DNA from: Paecilomyces variotii | Taxonomy: Eukaryota | Direction: 5' to 3' (one strand) | DNA: 60,220 bases | NCBI GenBank assembly: GCA_004022145.1 | Contig: RCNU01000016.1 | Shown here: positions 54,468 through 60,220 of the stretch, one piece after another | Layout: each line of letters begins with the position of its first letter | Position numbering within the stretch: the first letter of the stretch is position 1 | Notes under the pieces: generated by a model | The model's input: only the letters and a program-made list of their open reading frames with translations | What the model was told of the DNA's origin: nothing | Databases searched by the model: none | Program-made: the position numbers and the translations under genes

Positions 54468-56499
54468 TAGCGTAATCTCGAGATTAAGTACTAATTAGAG
54501 GTACTTATAGGATTTTTTAACTTATATTTCTTATATTTAAGAATATCTGCAGAGTTTCTTTAGCTTAAGCTTTATAGTCTTTATAAGATTCTTTAGCTTA
54601 AATTTAAGTAAGTATTTAAGCTTCTTAAAAGGTATTTTATTTTTAAGTCTAGTATTAATTAATATTATAGCTAATTAATTAAAATTAATTGCCTTTTAAA
54701 GGCTAAATTAAGAATTAAAGAGTATATTAAAGAAAATATTAAATAGAATATTAAGGTAAATTATTAAATAGAACTAATTATTATAAGACTTAAAGAGCTA
54801 TATTTTAAGCTCTTACTAGCTATAAGGCTTAAGAGATTATATCTTAAAACTCTACTAGCTTTTTAAGAAAGATAATAAGTTACTTTAATTTTATATATAT
54901 AAATATAGTATTATATTAGCGCTTTAAATAAGTAAGTATTATAGCAGTAATTTATTTTATTATTATATAAACTTATTATAAAATAGTAGTTAGAACTAGT
55001 AAATATTAATATATTAAAGATTTTACTTTAAAGAAATATTTAGAAATAATTTTACTATAGTAAAATTAAGAGGCTTAAAAGAATTTTTTCTTAAGCTTCT
55101 TATAAAAAAATCTATTATCTTAATAGAAAAAATATATATATATATTATATTTACTGTATAAGCTAATATTTTTTCTTCTTAAATATTATTAGCCCTTTAA
55201 GCTAATAAATAATCTAGGGAATTTTATCTAGATTTATTCTTTTTAACTCTTAGAGATTTAAAGGAAGAAGAAATAATAAAGTAATAAAAATATAGAGAGT
55301 CGCCTTATTTAAGTATAAATAAAACTTAATAAACTCTTTATTAATCTCTATAATTTACCTAATAGTTAAAAGCTTTATATATATTTAGTGCGGAAATATT
55401 AGTAATTATCTTATTATTTATATTATTATTATATATAGTAATTTTAATAAAAAAGATTAAGTATTTTATATTATTATTAGGGGTAAAATAATAATTTAAA
55501 TAATTATTTACTTACTAAATAATAGTATTAATAAGATTAAATAGAGAATATATTTAGTATACTTATTTATACTAAAGTCGCTTTAATATAAAATATATAA
55601 ATAAGCCTTAATTATAATCTTAAGAGTATTTAATAAGTCTTATTTAATAGATAAAACTTCTATATATACTTTAATAGTATTAAATAAGAATTTTAATAAG
55701 AGATTATTATAATATAATACTCTATTAATTTAATTACTCGCTTAATCTAATTAATATTATATTATATATAAAATAGCTAAAATTTAAATATAAATATTTT
55801 AATAGTAAAGTAGTTTAATAGTATTTAAAATATAAATATTTAAAATATAGATTATTAGAAATATTTAAGCTAAGTTTTAAATATTTAAATTTTAGTTTTC
55901 TGCAGATATTAAAGATATAAGATAATTACTAGAATTATACTTATAATTTATATTACCTAGATAAAAAGTAATTTCTAGAATTAAAGTTATAAATATATAT
56001 AAATTTATAATTATAAAATACTATAAATTAAATCTTATATATATTAAATAATTAGTTATTAAAATATTTAAGGGCTATTTTATATATAATATAGTATTAA
56101 TTAAGTTAAGCGAGTAATTAAGTTAATAGAGAATTATATTAGTACTTAATTATTATATTAATAATATTTATTATAATTAAGTTCTTAAGATAAATATATT
56201 TCTTTATAATTATATAGAAGTTAAAGATAATTATAAAGCCTTTAATATAGCTTATATTAAGTTTAAGATTATAATACTTATAATAATATAATAATTAATA
56301 TTAATAAGAGTAAATATAATAATAAAATAATAGAGAGAAATTAAATTAAATACTATTAAATATAAATAAATAACTATAGTTTTAAAGAGAAATAATATAT
56401 AATAAAATTAACTTATAAAGTATTTAGTTAAAAAGAATAAGTTTAAATAAATATCTCTAGACTATTTAACTAACTTAAAGGGCTAATAATACTTAAGGA

Positions 56500-59400
56500 G
56501 AAAGAGTATTAGCATATATAGTAGATATAAAGTATATATATATATTCTTAGTTAGAATAATTAATTTTAAATAAAGCTTAAGAAATAATTTCTCTAAGCT
56601 ATTTAATTTTATTAAAATAAAATTATTTTTAAAGATTTTCTTAAAGTAAAATCTTTATTATATTAAAACTTACTAGTCTTAACTATTATTTTATAATATT
56701 TTTTCTTAGTCTAGACTTATTAAATTAATTAATCTTAATTAATTTAAAAATTTTAAGAAGTTTACCTTTAGTAATAATTTAATAAAACTATTTATTATTA
56801 TATTCTATATTCTAATAAACTTAATATTAATCTTATTCTTTTAGTATAAATTATATATATAGTAATATATAATATTAATATATTTTAATTTTTTATAAGT
56901 ATAAGTATCTTTAATTAATAATAATAATACTTAGTTATTTTTATAGACCTTAATTAAAGAACTAATAATAAAAGTTTACTTTTCTCTTATTATTAGCTTA
57001 AATTTATTTAGATTAATATAATATCTATATCCTATATCTCTTAAAAAAAGGGCTAACTATTAAGATTACTTTATAGCTTAATATATAGCTATATATTTAA
57101 TTTTTATAGTTGAAGTTATAATAGATTTTTATTTTTTATTTAATTAGCTTATTAAGCTATTAGCTAAAATAAAAATATTCCCTAATATTAATATCTAATT
57201 AGTCTTATTTATTATATAATTTAAATCTAAGTATTTAATAAATTACTAATCTTAATTTATATTAAACTTAAGATTAAAGTATATAATTAATTATAAGTAT
57301 CTTATAAAGGACTTTAATATTTTAAAATACTTTTTAAATAAATTTAATAGATATTAACTTAATTTACCTATTATAAATATAATATCTAGTCTTATTAAAA
57401 TTATTAAATAGATTAAGCTATTAATAATTCTTTAATACTCTCTTTAGTCTATTTTTTTATTTTAAGAGCTAAATAGTTTTAGAGAGTTATATCTATTTAA
57501 TAGAATATTAACTAAGTATATTTTCTCTTTACTTATTTTATATTATAATAAGAATTCTTTAATATAATAAGATTAGTCTATTATTAATATTTAGTCTTTT
57601 TTATTTTAAATAATTTAAATATTAAGAATCTTTTTTATTTCTTTTAAGTCCTTTATCTTATATATTAACCTAAACTCTTATTTAAACTAGTAAATATTCT
57701 TTATTTATTTTATATTAATTAAAATATTATTAATATATATTAGAAATAAGATTTCTTTCTCTAAATATTATAATAAGTATAAATTAATATTAATTTATAT
57801 AAAATCTATTTTTTAAAATATTTTTATATAAGTTTAATTTTAATCTCTTATAGCTTACTTTAAATTATATAGAGATTAAAGAACTTTTAGTATTATTTTT
57901 AATAATATATTTATTCTTAATAAAGGTATTATATAAATTTCTTCCTTTAATATTAACTTTATAAAGGTATTATTAATATTTATAATATAATATTTATAAT
58001 TCTCTATTATAATAATAATTAAAAATATTTATAATATATTATATTATAAGATAAGAATAAAGGTATATTTAAAATTAATATTATATTTTTAAATAAACTC
58101 TTAAATAATAAGATATACTTTAAGCTTTTAAAAGAAATTATTTAAATTATATTTTATAGCTAATATTTAATAGCTAATTATAATATTAGCTTTTAATAAT
58201 AGTATAATTACTTTAAAAATTTTATTTACTTAAAGTATATTTATTTTAGCTTTAAATATACTCTATTATAATTTACCTTAAATAAGGTTATTAATTATAG
58301 TATAATATAAGTTTAAAATTAAAATATACTCTTTTATTATATATATTATTATAATAATATTTAATACTTATTTTATATACTTTTTTTAGTCTATATTAAT
58401 ACCTAGAGATAAGAGATTTAATATAAGCATTACTTAATATAATTTTTTAACATTTTATTTATTATCTAATAATTTAACCTTCTCTTTCTTATACTTTATT
58501 ATATAGGAGATCTTTATATAAGATATAATTTACCTGCTTAGCGGGAATAAAAGGTTTATTTATAAGTCTTTATAATTATTTAAATTATTAAAGTAAAAAT
58601 AGTTAAATATTTTCTCTTATTCTATAATTTTATTATAGTAAAATATTTTAATTTTCTTTTAATAAAAAGCTTTTTTTTAAGAAAATATTTTAATTTTTTT
58701 TAATAAAATACTTCTTTTTTCTTTTAAGGAAAAACTAGAACTTTCTTATAGCTCTTCTCTTAATTATTAATATTATTTTTCTTTTTATTTAAGAGTATAT
58801 ATATATTTAAAATAATAGGCTAAATTATTAATTAATCTTTTAAATTTTTTATTAATATTATATTTAATAATAATTTTTAAAGAATCTTAAGGTCTAGATC
58901 TCTTCTTAATTTATTTTTAAAAAACTTAGTTTAATAAGTCTTAATAGTCTTTTTTATATTTAGAGCTTAAATTTTTTATTATTTATTTATTCCCTTAATA
59001 TATTTTATAAAAATATAGATTCTATTTTAATTTATTAATTTATCTCTCTATATATCTTATAATAAAGATTCTGAGTTTATATATAATATTACTTAATATC
59101 TTTATACTCTTAAATAGTTAATTAATAGCTTAACTTTAATAAAGGCTTCCTTTAGAGATATTTAAACCCTATTAATTATTAATCTATTTAATATTCTATT
59201 TTTAATATATAGATTAGTTTAAGCTATTTTTACTTATAATTTAATTAAAAGGTTTAAATTTTTAAATATAGCTCTTATTTTTTTTAATAGTTTAATATAC
59301 TTATTCTATAGCTCTATTTTATATTAATATATATAGAATTATTAGTTTATAATAAATGCTAAATTATTTCCTTTAAGTTTTAAAAAGATTCTTAAATTTT

Positions 59401-60220
59401 AATATATTATTTAATAATATATTAAGAATTTAAAGACTTATTATTATCTTAACCTCTCTTTTTTATTTATTTAAAATAAGAATAATATTAGATTTAGTTT
59501 TTATTAGAAATACTTATATTTTTTTAAAAAAAATTATCTATAATTATTAAAAAGTAGATATATTTATCTTTAAACTCTAGTACTTAACTATATATATTTA
59601 TATAAATAAGTTTAAGAATATTAGCCTTTTATATATTAATAGTCCCTTTTTTATTTTTAATATTAGCTATAGTATATATTATATATTAATAGTTTATTAT
59701 TACTTTAATAGGCTTTTTTAATATAATTAAATTATATAAGTTTTTAACCTTTTTAAGTTTAAAATAGCTAATTCTTTTATATTATAGTTAATACTTTTTT
59801 TTAATTTTATTTTAATAAAATCCTTCTTTTTAATCTATAATTATAATATTAAGAGTATTTTTAATAGGGAGTAATATAATAAGTATATATTATAACTTAA
59901 GTATTTAATCTAGAAAGATTTTCTTAATAATATAAACTCTATATTTAATAATACTTTAAATTATAATCTTATCTAACTTATTTAATATAAATATTATTTT
60001 TTTATTAAAATACCTGTATATATTTAACTATTAGTAAAATATCTTAATTAATAAGAGATTTACTCTAAGGTTTAGTATAAATAATATGTTTTCTAAGTTT
60101 AATACCTTCTTATTCTTATTCTTTAAAATAATTATTTTTATATATTTTAAATATAGGGTCTCTCTATTTATATAAATATACCTCTATTAAATTTAAATTA
60201 ATAGTCCTTTAAAGTAATAG
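56500..60220 (-). mobile_element. Ty1/Copia relic C (integrase, RT, RNase H, PPT, 3' LTR edge), continuing past the window end
   Basis: EYQRIIGSLIYL..TRPDI.F.VGKLSQY at ~57355-57441; YSDSDY..D..DR.S..G.VF.LAGGP.SW..KKQKS..TST.EAEY at ~57092-57236; ADGFTKPL at ~56770-56793; purine tract on the minus strand at 56699-56707. Left boundary approximate. Confidence 0.88.

Larger units (their letters stand above)
1..60220. other. RIP-degenerated, AT-rich nested transposon island (ascomycete heterochromatin-like block)
   Basis: CA/TG dinucleotides are nearly absent and TA is abundant; recognisable reading frames are full of TAA/TAG where Q/W/R codons are expected; paralogous copies (1-1372 vs 6843-8210, LTR pair, TIR pairs) differ almost only by transitions. 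Confidence 0.96.

Noticed and set aside
1-60220. AT-rich organelle, endosymbiont or alternative-genetic-code genome with TAA/TAG read-through
   Set aside because: Specific CpA/TpG loss and transition-only differences between repeats point to RIP; all legible proteins are transposon-derived.

Overview
The whole 60 kb window is an extremely AT-rich graveyard of nested, dead transposable elements from a filamentous ascomycete. CpA/TpG is almost absent, TpA is everywhere, and duplicated segments differ almost only by C>T/G>A transitions, which is the signature of repeat-induced point mutation (RIP). No intact ORF, RNA gene or CRISPR array was found; all protein calls come from manually reversing C>T/G>A changes. 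Recognisable relics: four Ty3/Gypsy elements (one complete with both 201-bp LTRs), at least three Ty1/Copia relics, a Tc1-type element with a MITE inserted in its left TIR, a Fot1/pogo element, and two copies of a large hAT DNA transposon. The most interesting object is the complete 9.1-kb hAT element at 6843-15949 (13-bp TIRs, 8-bp TSD). Besides its transposase it carries a multi-intron cargo gene whose reconstruction gives a ParB/Srx-type motif (LQAGQHRQAA, DUF3723-like context). It also has about 21 copies of a 12-20 bp palindrome (core TAACYTAAGTTA) located in introns and other non-coding segments and not seen as a full core outside this element family. This suggests a possible ParB/parS-like module inside a eukaryotic cut-and-paste transposon; that is a hypothesis, not a demonstrated system.
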